64,000 nucleotides of DNA from Octopus sinensis (taxonomy: Eukaryota): positions 204,972,001 through 205,036,000 of the forward strand of contig NC_042998.1 of the NCBI RefSeq assembly GCF_006345805.1, given 5' to 3'. Below the pieces are notes generated by a model, which did no database searches, was not told the DNA's origin, and worked only from the letters and a program-made list of their open reading frames with translations. A program made the translations under genes and the position numbers. Of this stretch, positions 50,760 to 62,967 are shown piece after piece; position 1 is the stretch's first letter; every line of letters begins with the position of its first letter.

Positions 50760-51200
50760 TGTGTATCGAGCTGCCTGCTGGGGTCGTTGACATCACCCCA
50801 AACTCATATACAATGGTCTCTGCATTGCATTGGTTGCTAAGAGGTCATGAGGTGTTGCATGTGCATGAGCATCTTGCCTCTGTCTCAAGTCTGGGAACAA
50901 CAGAACCACATTGGACAAACGTATTCCCTCCTTTATAATATAGAGAAGCGGTGCAATGTCACAACCCCAGTTGGGCATGTTTGGCTGTTGAAGAAAAGTG
51001 CCATGAATTACAACATCGAATGGAGAGTGCTACAGAGGTGCAACAGTAGAATGAGATGTAGGCTATGCCTAGTGGAGGTAAGAACTATAATAAAGAAACC
51101 CCGTTACCCAGGCACCTACCTTAATTGCAAAAGCGATGTTTTCTGCTCATGCCCACATGAAAGGAAATATGTGATCGGTTGCCAACTGATCTCATCATCA
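50760..51200 (+). mobile_element. Penelope-like element remnant (GIY-YIG endonuclease and C-terminal Cys region)
   Basis: LGTTEPHW... then GHVWLLKKSAMNYNIEWRVLQRC...CRLCLVE...LNCKSDVFCSCPH, resembling the Penelope HIWxLK...IxW..L...CxLCLxE...LN.RSE...CxH pattern. Confidence 0.65.
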
Positions 51201-51338
51201 TTATAAGCATTAGAACTCCCATCATCAGTACTTCCCACCACCACCAGTCTAACAGTTCAGTGCTGTGTTCATAACACACAACCAAAGATACATAACACCC
51301 ATATATATATATATATATATATAATATATATATATATA

Positions 51339-51860
51339 TATGTATAAACGGCAGTTTGTCTGTGTGTCTGTCAGGTTGTACCTTGACCCTGACCACGGCT
51401 TTCGACCGATTCTGATGAAACTTGACACACACATAGCCCAATGTCATAATTCAAAACTAACGCAGCGAAAATTTTGAAAAGTTCCCCCAGTTCTGAAACA
51501 AATCGATAAATTCGAGATGGAGTCGAGAATCTAAGCTTTTTATATGCAACACATTTTCTGTTGTGGTTTTCGCAACATGCAATCGATTTTCACCAAACTC
51601 ATGGTGAAGCTTAACGTTACCCTAAGAAACTTAATTCTGACGTTAGTTTTCCATGCAATACCTTACCATCAGAAAAAATCGATAAAATCATGCCATTTTG
51701 GGAAATCGCATTCAAATTCAAGATGACATATTTTCGACAATATCTTTCACAAATTGGCAGGAATTTTTTTTTAAATTCACAGCAAGCATCATGCCTGCTC
51801 CAAGGAGCTATATGGGCCTTTTTATTCCAATATGACACTTTATTACAGGTAAAAATCGGT
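51339..51860 (-). mobile_element. Helitron-like element 'A' copy
   Basis: Reverse complement of 5710-6241. Confidence 0.7.
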
Positions 51861-52421
51861 TAATTAAATCATATGTGGCACACATAGCAAACCGATTTGT
51901 GTATTAAACACAAACCACAGACTGTCTAGGGGACGCAATTGGTTGGGTTGAATTATCGATAGCTGTTTGATAGTTATTTGGGAGTGAAGAGAAGACATTG
52001 CAACCTACACATGCGCCTTCGTTCCCTAGAGGGAAAGGACTAGATTGGGATTATTTCCTTATGTGTTTACGGATGGTTGAATTTTGTGTGTGTGTGTATA
52101 CATATATGTGGGGGTGTGCGTATGTGTGTATATATAGCGGGGGGAGCATGTGCAGGCTTTCATATTACATGCAGCTTACGTCAGTTGTTCATGTATACAA
52201 AGTTGCATTAAACACACACATGTATGTATGCATGGAAAAATGTGTGTGTGTGAGTATAATATATATGTATGTGTGTGTGTATGTATATATATATATTTCT
52301 TCTGATATTCATACGCATCTTTGAATATATATCTATATACACACACATATATATATATCTCCATATCTCTCTCTCATATATATATATATGTGTGTGTGTT
52401 TGTGTATATATATATATATAT

Positions 52422-52628
52422 ATCAAAATGTGACCTCGGGTGTACCGTTGTCGATTTTTTCCCTCTGTCTTCCCTTCTCTGGATCTTTCCTTCTCCTATG
52501 TTTCCGACGAAGAGCTCCGCTCGAAACGTTAAACCCTCCTTCTTTCCTTCTTTCCTGAGCGTCCAATAATACTATATTTGCTCCACGTCCTCGCGTTGTT
52601 GTGTTTTTTTGTGCTTTCCTGTTTGGAT

Positions 52629-52707
<79 letters not shown>

Positions 52708-53187
52708 TTAAATATATATATCATTACAGATATAGGGTGAAATATAATTAATTTAATAAAATCAACAAATTTCACCTAGTAGTATTTCGGTATGGAAAAA
52801 GACCATATTCGGTGAAAAACTTATATAATTATAATAATAAGGGTTTTTGCAACAAGTTGCTTGACCACATACCGAAAATTTTAGAAATAGCAACCAAAGG
52901 GCTACTATATAGTAGTAAGTTTGCATTTTTATTGTGTTCAAAAGTTTGTGTTTGGATAATATTTTTTATGTAAAAGTTGTGTAACAACTAATAAATACAA
53001 AATACATTCGGTTGTGCAAATTCTTAGCACGGGAAACCTGCCTTTGTGTGGCGTGTTTCCCCATTTTGTAAATTCGTCTTCGGCTTTCCTCGCCATTCTC
53101 TGCTTTGAGCATGGCGACTTCAAAGCCATGAAGTCGCTCTTCGAGAAGAACGGTGGTCTCCTTGGCAACGCTTACGACGTGTGTTTT
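52422..53187. mobile_element. Composite 'Y'-(TA)n-'X' repeat
   Basis: Reverse complement of 4452-5140 with a longer (TA)n spacer. Confidence 0.85.
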
Positions 53188-54294
53188 CCCTACTATTAAA
53201 TTAAAGTGATCAGTGTGATGATAAGGAAGAAGAGGAGGAGGATGTGGTCATCATATCAAAAGGATGATGATGATGATGATGAAAATGGTGGGGGTGGTTT
53301 TGGTGGTGGTGGTGGTTATAACAACCACACCACTCCCAACACCATCACCAATACCATAATCAACATCATGAACACAACTACCACCAACAATATCGCCACC
53401 GCCACCACCACCACCACCACTACCACTACTACAGTCAACTGTACCAGAGCCACAGCAACAATGGCCGCTACAACCACCACCACCACCACTACTAGTAACA
53501 CCATCAACACCAACACTACAATCAAAACTGATGTTGATGAAGGACCAACGTCCAAAACGTCTTAGCCTTCTCTCCTTCTGTCAACTGTACTGATTCACCT
53601 CTTCCACAAAAGAAAAAAAAGAATGTCAAAGAATACTGCAATCTTTCCGGAAAATTCTTTGGTGCATTAAAAATACCCATCAAATTGATCTCTTCAATTC
53701 TCCTCCCCCACCACCCACCCACATTCCCATTTTGTATTTATCTATCAATATTTTTGTCTGCCAATATTTCAATGAATCAAAACCGAAAAAGAAATTGTTT
53801 TCTTTTTTTTTTGTTAAGTTATGTCTTTCTGCACCAAATCTTTCGGTTCAGCGAGATTGGATAAGGGACATAACTACGACACAGCTTTCTCTTGAATTTT
53901 GACAGAATCACTGAATGTATAAGTAGTTATCTCCCTTGTTCCCTCTCAATTTCTTATTCCCTATCAGATCAATAACAGGGACCACTAAATATACTGAATC
54001 GATTTGATTGGACTCTGATCAATCTGTTGCACGGATACTTCGAAAGCAATATTAAAAATAACTGCTTTGCATTAAATCAGCTATCAATATTAAAGTACAT
54101 TGGATCCTGCACCACCTAAATATACGTTTGTGTGTAATCAACTATCTGTCTCTCTGTCTCTCTGTCTGTCTGTCCGTCCGTCCGTCTCTCTTCCTCTGTC
54201 TCTGTCAGTGGCGGCTCGTAGATAAATTAGTCGGGGTGCCGCTTCAGAAAATGTTTAGCTGTTGTTTTAATATTGTGTAAAAGGAAACAACCAT

Positions 54295-54690
54295 AGAGTG
54301 GCTGTGTGGTAAGTAGCTTGCTAACCAACCACATGGTTCCGGGTTCAGTCCCACTGCGTGGCATCTTGGGCAAGTGTCTTCTGCTATAGCCCCGGGCCGA
54401 CCAATGCCTTGTGAGTGGATTTGGTAGACGGAAACTGAAAGAAGCCTGTCGTATATATGTATATATATATATGTGTGTATGTGTGTGTGTTTGTGTGTTT
54501 GTCCCCCTAGCATTGCTTGACAACCGATGCTGGTGTGTTTACGTCCTCGTCACTTAGTGGTTCGGCAAAACAGACCGATAGAATAAGTACTGGGCTTACA
54601 AAGAATAAGTCCCGGGGTCGATTTGCTCGACTAAAGGCGGTGCTCCAGCATGGCCGCAGTCAAATGACTGAAACAAGTAAAAGAGTAATA
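54295..54690 (+). mobile_element. Full-length family-1 SINE inserted in an older repeat
   Basis: Near-identical to 19011-19430; the interrupted host (~54235-54970) matches ~63400-63740 in reverse. Confidence 0.85.
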
Positions 54691-55507
54691 CATAAACTTG
54701 ATTGGTTTGCCTTTTAGCCACTGCCAGGTAGTGTGTTTAATTTGTTCACTGAACACCGCCGCGAATTCCCCCTAGTTTTTCAAAAATCACCCCAAAATCA
54801 CAAAATAATGGGGGAAAATCTGCCCTATTTTTCAAATCCTTGGAAGCAGGATAATATTCTTATTCTACATTTTATCATATTAAAGAATACAAACACGTTT
54901 TTAAGCACAACACACACGGAATCAAAAAGAAACACTACCTTTCACCAGCACAATAGGATCGGCACTGCGTGAACCACAGTGCTCTCTCTCCCTAGCGTTC
55001 AACTTCCTATCTCAGACATGTGTGCATGCGCATAACAGGGGTGGGAGTGCTGAGGGTATTATGGGACCATGAGGGAGCGGTGGCCCAAAATGTTTGAGAA
55101 CCTCTGACGTAGATAAATCTTATTTAGCTGTTATTTTTAGCACACCTCACAACCACCTCAAAGCTCAATGACAAAAAGAAACAAACAATTTGAATATGTT
55201 TAATTACAATTTAAATATGCTTAAAAAAAACAAACATTTAATTTAATAGAAGCGAAGTTGCTGGAGCTTTCTGCCATAATCACACGGAACACAGAACACA
55301 GAATCGAATTAGTCAAAACGAGCTTCCTCGTAGATAAAAGACTGTTTGGATTCGCTTGTTACAATGGCAACAGGCACGTTGAATTCTCGTGTTCCGCTTC
55401 TTACTATCGAAACAGCCATGAATGTGTCTGTGACTTATGGTTGGCTAAAATTACCAAAATTTTCAAACTTTAATTACTAATAACTTGTAGCAGAGCTAAG
55501 TGAAATT

Positions 55508-55569
<62 letters not shown>

Positions 55570-56371
55570 TATATAACATAAATACGGACGTAGCAGATAA
55601 CAGTTAACCTTTGGCCGCTTGGGCCCTGTTGTGTCCACTACTCTGATTGGTTGGTTTTGGTGCAGTTTGTCTCTTGCTTTATTTCGTGCCAGTGTGCGAC
55701 CCAACCAATCGCAGCCTTCTGATAAGGTCCCGTGACGCACTCTTCTAAATGCTCCGTTTGAGCCTATAATTTGCTTTAAAAGCTTCAGCGATTCACCCTA
55801 ACTCGCCTTTGGTTCAAGACCACTGACCACAGACCACAGCCAGTTCCCGCGACAGACAATACCAGCAAGTATTCAGGACCTCCACCACCGTCGCCTTCAA
55901 TCTTAACGTCGTTTCCATTTCCGTCGCCTTCATCTTATCAACGCCAACATTCGCCCAGGTTTAACTTCTCACTGTTTGTGAATACTTCACCATGGTTAAC
56001 AGTAGCTCAACCTGCGAGAACCTTCTGTACCAAGTAACTCGGAACAGCATGGAAGCCACAACCTCTACTCAACACGTAGTAACCGGCTCTGCCTTGTTCG
56101 CCTCAACTTCATTGTTACAGAACTACTATTGTGCAACTTACTACGAACTGGTATTATCTTCATATTGTGTCTGAACTTCTAGCGTCCTGATAGACTCATT
56201 TCTATGCTCTGTATTTTATCTCACACGCATACACCCTTGTTTGTACACACATACACATTATGTATGCTTGATGGCCTGTCTGTTATTACTTATTATATAT
56301 GTACTTATGGCGAACACACAGGCACACTCAACTAATACTCATACACGTTATTGTATGCATGACGGCCTGTC

Positions 56372-56428
<57 letters not shown>

Positions 56429-56429
<1 letters not shown>

Positions 56430-56986
56430 GAGTGAGAGAGCAGTGCATGCCATCAAAGTGACACTGGGGTACAAATATAAGAAGCCCAGTATACCCATCA
56501 TGACTACCCGTCTGATAAGGGTACACCAGGCACATGCATCACAACCATATGTGCGCGACATGGTGATCTCATATCAAGATAAACAGCGCATGACCTTGCG
56601 CGTGGGGCCCAGTTAGAATTTTCTTCTGGTTGGGTAACCCATACCACTCAAAAGGTCCCTGATTAAGGGTTGCTTAAGGATGTTGAACGAAACACCCGTG
56701 TTTCCAAAGGTAAATTATTCAAACCCCAAAGAATCCCTCTCAACACATGGCTATGATGCTCCCCCACTACTTCTGCTCGTGATCAGAGATGCAAATATCG
56801 TCAGCCACCAAGGGACATGCTCAACTGGTTACGGTCAAACAACTGACAAGCAAATCTGTGGTATTGAGCAGAATATTTGCTGTAGCCCATCTTTTATACC
56901 AAGACAAAACAATGTACATGATAACACTTCCAATCAGTTAAGTTCAGAAGCCATGAGAGCCACTGCCTGGTACTGCATCAGGGCAT
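56429..56986 (-). mobile_element. Element 'E' copy
   Basis: Reverse complement of 19775-20308; between (TAA)n tracts. Confidence 0.8.
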
Positions 56987-56987
56987 C

Positions 56988-57046
<59 letters not shown>

Positions 57047-57047
<1 letters not shown>

Positions 57048-58082
57048 GTGCTGTGATTTGTTGTGATGCTCTGATGGTTATTGTATGGAAAGTGTTCTGC
57101 GTAGGATGTGTGCAGTGCCTAGTAGTGCAATTTTCTGTATGTTATATGTGTTTGTAAGTCCTGGTGTTTTTGTTATGTATTTGTCTGAATATTTTTTTAT
57201 CATGCCTAATGCACCTACTATGATAGGAATTGTTAGAAAGCATTTTTCTTCTTCATGATCTCTGACAACTATTTCTGGTCTGTTGGCCTTAATTTCTCTA
57301 TCTGTGTGTATCGGCATATCCCAGAGTATGGTTATTTTCTCGTTTTCTGTGACCTTTTCTGGTGTGTGCCTATACCATCTTTTTTCTGTTGTTATTCCAT
57401 AATGTTGACATAGCTTCCAGTGTATGTAGGTTCCAACTCTGTCATGTCTGTGAATATATTCCTTCTTAGCCAGGACTGGGCAGCTAGAGATAATATGATT
57501 TATTGTTTCTTGTCCATCTCCACATATTCTGCAGTTACTTGTAATATTTCTTTTCATTACATGTTTTTGGTAATTTCTGGTGGGGAGGCTTTGGTCTTGT
57601 GCTGCAATTAAAAATCCCTCTGTTTCTGCTTTGAGTCCTGAGCATCTCAACCATTGCTGGGGTTTTTCTTTGTCTATTTCTTTTGCGTTTAGTTTAGTGC
57701 AGTATTTACCATGAAGGGGCTTTTCTTGCCATCGTTTTATCATAGCTCGTTGCTGTTCTATTTTTAGTTTGGATTTCATTTGTTTTATAGCTTTTGTTGT
57801 TTCTTCATCATCTTCTTCTTTTTCTTCGTGTTTATTAGGTGGTATGATTTCTTGTTTGTATTTGTCAGCTTCCTTAAATACTGAGAACAGTTTTTTGTTT
57901 TGCTCGTGTTTTGCTGCTATCTGGATCAGTTTTCCTTCCTTCTGAAGTAGGTATTTTGCAGTCCTATGGTGGTTATTTTATAGTAGTTTTCCAGCTGTAT
58001 AAGGCCTCTACCACCTTCTATACGTTGTATATATAGTCTTTCTATGTCAGATTTTGGGTGATGCATCCTAGATCCTGTCAGT
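57047..58082 (-). mobile_element. R4/Dong-like fragment with internal in-frame deletion
   Basis: WLRCSGLKAETEGFLIAAQDQSL...CRICGDGQETINHIISSC...NRPEIV; jumps from KCFL to TIPIIVG. Confidence 0.88.
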
Positions 58083-58099
58083 TTATTATTATTATTATT

Positions 58100-58132
<33 letters not shown>

Positions 58133-58152
58133 ATTATTATTATTATTATTAT

Positions 58153-58745
58153 TGAGTGAGCGAGCAGAGCATGCCATCAAAGTGACACTGGGGTAAAATA
58201 TACGAAGCCCAGCATACCCATCATGACTACCCGTCTGATAAGGGTACACCAGGTACATGCATCACAACCATATGTGCGCGACATGGTGATCTCATATCAA
58301 GATAAACAGCACATGACCTTGCAGGTGGAGCCCAGTTAGAATTTTCTTCTGGTTGGGTAACCCATCCCGCTCAAAAGGTCCCTGAATAAGGGTTGTTTAA
58401 GGACGTTGAACGAAACACCCATGTTTCCAGAGGTGAATTATTCAAACCCCAAAGAATCCTTCTCAACACATGGCTATGATGCTCCCCCACTACTTCTGCT
58501 CGTGATCAGAGATGCACATATCGTCAGCCACTAAGGGAGATGCTCAACTGGTTAAGGTCAAACAACTGACAAGCAAATCTGTGGTATTGAGCAGAATATT
58601 TGCTGTAGCCCATCTTTTATACCAAGACAAAACAATGTACATGATAACACTTCCAATCAGTTAAGATCAGAAGCCATGAGAGCCACTGCCTGGTACTGCA
58701 TCAGGGCATTTATGGTACTGCATCAGGGCATTGGTACTGCATCAG
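58153..58745 (-). mobile_element. Element 'E' copy with repeated 5' end
   Basis: As above; followed by a long (TTA)n tract at 58746-58888. Confidence 0.8.
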
Positions 58746-58767
58746 ATTATTATTATTATTATTATTA

Positions 58768-58888
<121 letters not shown>

Positions 58889-60851
58889 CATGTATGTATG
58901 TATGTACTTTTGTCGCACTCACGGACACACTCTGTTCGCATCTAAATAAAACCTTTCTCTTAAACATTCTACGGTTGTGTCGTCTCCTTATTCTTTCTGA
59001 CACTCACACTCATTTATCCCTATTTTGGCTTTTATTGTAAGGCGTCCGTGCGGTGTTTGAAGGAGTCATTCATTCGTCACCATCTCCTTTTCGCACGGTC
59101 CTTCTACAGACACATTTTATTTATTGATTTATAACGAAAATCACAAACGATTCTGCCAGCTTGCCGCTGTAGTTGGCCGAAATAACGATCACAACTGCAT
59201 CCGCGCCAGTTCGTTGTGATTGTTGCTGTCGTCGGTTGTTTGTCGCTTGAGGAACGAAGATGTATTTCGTTGGCCACGTGAATAATAGCTGGAAGAACTC
59301 GTGAGCATTTAACTGAATATTTATTGCTGGACATAAAGATATTTAATGTTGGCTATTTACTATGAACAATAATAAAGAAAATTGCCGACTGCGAGAGTCA
59401 AACTGACCTGGAATTACCGAAAGCTATCTGCCTGACATGATGCAGTCGGTCCAGAAATATACGAAAGCAACTGCGCAAATTTCCGTTTGGTCGGAAGTTT
59501 GCTCTCTCAGCTACGCTTTTGGGAGGGCAAGGGATTGCGCTCTAGAACAATCGAAAAAACCATACCACGGCACAGCCTCACGCTGATTTATAGCGGTTAG
59601 GTTTCGAATCACCGCTACAGTGGAAATGCAAAGTGTCGGGTGAAATAATTTTTCAAGGAAATGGTTTAAAGCTTTTGTGCAAGGTGTTGTCATCGTTAAT
59701 GGGTGTAGGTCATGGTTGGGATAGTTATGTTTTTGCAGTAGATTGTTGTTTACCCAAGGTCAGCCATCATCCAGCACACCTATGAACAACGACAATCAAA
59801 CCATGACCACCCTGTCTTTCTTTTTCAGCAATACTGTACTCTGAACTACGTTATCGAATGTCCGTTTTAAAGATGGCAAGGTGTGGTTTGAGGGGGATTT
59901 GGCTGCTATTTTTACCTAAGCTGGCCGATCACAGAGGCTTTCACGCTGGTTCTGGTTCTCACTCGACCTGCTATAAACAACAACCACATCAAATCACAAC
60001 AATTTTTGTCCTATTCGTTTTCTACACAGTTGTTAACACCCAGCAGACTGGGTTTTTCTTTTCTCTGTTTTCGTTAACGAGTGAGGGTCTTTATATGGAC
60101 CACAATCTACTCCTAATTTCCCCGCCGTGTCAGCAACTAACGTCTGCTGTTACACAAACGAAAGCAGTTTACCAGATGACATAACATTATTTCAAAGCAA
60201 CCGACAGACAGACGAAACAATCAGCTCAGAAACGATTAAGTCACACACAATTCTGACATTTAACGGAGAAACCCTCTTCAATTTTATTAGCATTTTATCT
60301 CAATGATCATCTTCAACTTCAGTAGGTTGATGTTTGTAGAGAGAATGTGGGAAGTGGTGGTGGTGGTCGCGGCGGGGTTGCTGCAGCCGATTGCAAGTAA
60401 TGATTTCTTTGAAGTGAAGTGTTTAGTGAAGGACTTTGATGCTGAGACATAACAAGAACGATAAAAGGAGAAGTGTGTTAATTGGCTTGGAATGATATTG
60501 ATCCCAGGCCACTGCAGTAACAAGAGAATTGAGACGATGTGTGTTGTGTTTGTGGTTGTAACGAAGGATTACCGAGCGAACCAGTCGGGTCGGATTTTTT
60601 TCCATATACAAAAACGTCTCTGCAATATTTACGATGTAGCAACAGGGCATTGGACTCGGTCATCGCTGTGGTTTCTGTATGTGAAGAGGATGTTTAGTAT
60701 TGGGGACACACTAGTTTCAGTTGTTATGAAAGGGGTTTCGATATCTGCTATTTCTAAAGTCTGTGAACAAAAGAGAGTACAATGTTAATCATGAGTGTTA
60801 GGAGAAAAAGGATCTACCTGTGCACCATCTTGGACTGCGTTCACCATAGCC

Positions 60852-61061
60852 GACGATCTTTCGGTACAAGTACCATAACTGCCAAGTCTGTTTGTTTACA
60901 TTTGAAGAAGATCGTCACTTTCCGTAAAGTTTTTTTTTATATATGTGGGGTTAGGGTTAGGGTTAGGGTGGGGGGAAACGGTTTCTTTTTTCTTCAGAAA
61001 TGTAAATAAACCCACGTGGGTTTATAATTGGCAGTTATGGTACTTGTATCGAAAGATCGCC
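60852..61061. mobile_element. 210-bp MITE with 34-bp TIRs, 8-bp TSD and internal (TTAGGG)3
   Basis: TIR G(A/G)CGATCTTTCG(G/A)TACAAGTACCATAACTGCCAA; TSD CCATAGCC at 60844-60851 and 61062-61069. Confidence 0.9.
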
Positions 61062-61214
61062 CCATAGCCTAAGTATGACCAATGCTTTATGAAGTAAATT
61101 TGGTAGACAGAACATGAGAAGGGGGGCCGTATCAACTTACCTGTCTCCTTTCCCCCCGTCTTCCATCGGGGCGGGTCATCACACCACGTGGGTGGAGAGG
61201 GAATCCTTGGCTTA

Positions 61215-62880
61215 TGTTACTGTTGTATGAGGGAACTGTAATGCGGGGAAATAAGAAACGATTTGCCCGTCTTCTCGTCGTCTGCCGTGCAGCTGCACTC
61301 AATACAAAACTCGCAACCCGCCCGTGCACCTAACAATAGCAGCTAACAATTCCTCTCCGATCACCTCATGTCAGTCCGTCGTGAACGCCAAGGCAAAAGA
61401 GGACGACCCTGGTCTTCCTTCCCTCATTTCCTCTCTCACTCTTCTTGTTCTGGTCAAGTCCTTTGACCGTTGACATCACAGCCCTTTCCTTCCGGCTCCT
61501 CTCATCCCCACACGGCCTCTGATCTCAAAGATCACCTCCTCACTTTACTCAACGTCAAAATCTGCTGTCCACTCAGGTGGACGCCTCACACGCTGTGATC
61601 TCTGTAGGGACGAACCCTCGTTCTCTTCCTCTCCTCCACTGACGTCCAACCAAGCGACAATCCTGAGAACATCCAAGACGTGACGCAGCATTCCAACCAC
61701 AGAAACGTTATTTCTGGTGTTAACAGCCGTCACTTTTCCTCTGCTCCACTGAGATGTATAGCGGGCCTTCAGGGGCTTGACCCTGATTTCATCTTCCACC
61801 GCCACGAAGACAGGCTCTCTCTCTCTTCTGCAGGGCATTGTAATGGTTTATTCAGATGCTGCCATTCACATCTGAACATCGCTCTGTGTGGCACAGACTC
61901 TTCGGCCTGTCCTGACCGGAGTGACATATTCTACCAGACACTGCTTCCAGCGTTTAGATGCGACGTCCCCTCTCTGCCACGTCCTCGATCATTCGATCCC
62001 ATTTCCACTCAGCCTGTACGCTGCTCTGAAGAAGCGGGCATGTTCCACTTATCAAGCATCTTCTTCCGTATCTCCAAACGAGAAGCAATTCGTCTACAAG
62101 GCCCTGCTCCAGGAATATCTCGTTCAGAATACATGCAATCTCGCCTGCAGTACCTGTCTTCATTTCCCTCCAAATGGCCATCCGACTTGGCCCACAGTTG
62201 ACCATCACGAGATATTCCCCCTGCCGATAGTGTGTCACATCTACCATCAATCGTCTCCAATTGTGATCTATCGAGACACTTCCCTGCTCATGCACACCTG
62301 GAGCAGGATCAATGGATTGACACCTATCACAATTTCCGACCACCTTTTGGATGTTCTGCCTAGTAACATTAAGCGTCAACCCTCCTGGCCAGATACAGGG
62401 TTCTATCCACACCCATATGGTGCATGGCATGCGGTCTCCTTAGTTTTGAGTCATTTAACCGACACACTGTAGCTATCCCCTGCTCCGAATCTTCCGTCTC
62501 CGCCAACCAGACCTTTTTCCCCCTGGTTAAAACATCTGCCTTGTTCCTTTCTGAAGGCACAAAAACCAGGCTCAGCTTCACATTCGATAGCCAGTTCCCC
62601 TAGAATCCCTAGGCGGCACTTTACTATCATCTCTGCTACCCCTTTGGTTCGAACCCTCTTTTCGTTGCTGATCACTTATCCTATCCAGCCGAATCGGTTC
62701 AATTGAGTGCAGCTCCCATATCAGGGCCAAATTCACCCGCTTCAGCACTGTATCCAACTCAGTCACATTGATATGGTTGTAATCATCAGCTTTTCGAAGC
62801 CAGGCCGCGTCCTCCACTTTGACACCTCCGATTTCCAGTACAACCCCTATTGCTATGCTGCTAGAATCACACGACGACCG
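61215..62880 (-). mobile_element. Gypsy-like LTR retrotransposon 3' remnant (RNase H end, integrase, PPT, candidate 3' LTR)
   Basis: FVPSERNKADVLTR; H...HHMGVDRTLYLARR...CDRCQSIDP; LMVDVTHY; GPY/F-like VKP...SQW..GKVT; PPT GGAGAGGAAT (61358-61349) then TGTTAG at 61348. Frameshifted; LTR far boundary uncertain. Confidence 0.8.
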
Positions 62881-62924
62881 TCAGCTGAATGCCATAACCA
62901 CTAACCCATTCACCTTCGCGCGCG

Positions 62925-62967
<43 letters not shown>

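Noticed and set aside
58890-59640. CpG-rich block with an AATAAA resembling a solo LTR or gene 5' end
   Set aside because: No terminal TG/CA pair, TSD, ORF or second copy could be established by eye.
60287-60800. Nearly open minus-strand frame of ~150 codons
   Set aside because: Interrupted by stops and no motif recognised; may be a decayed TE ORF but cannot be supported.
60951-60968. Telomere or chromosome-fusion scar
   Set aside because: Only three units, enclosed within a TIR/TSD-defined MITE; reported as part of that element instead.
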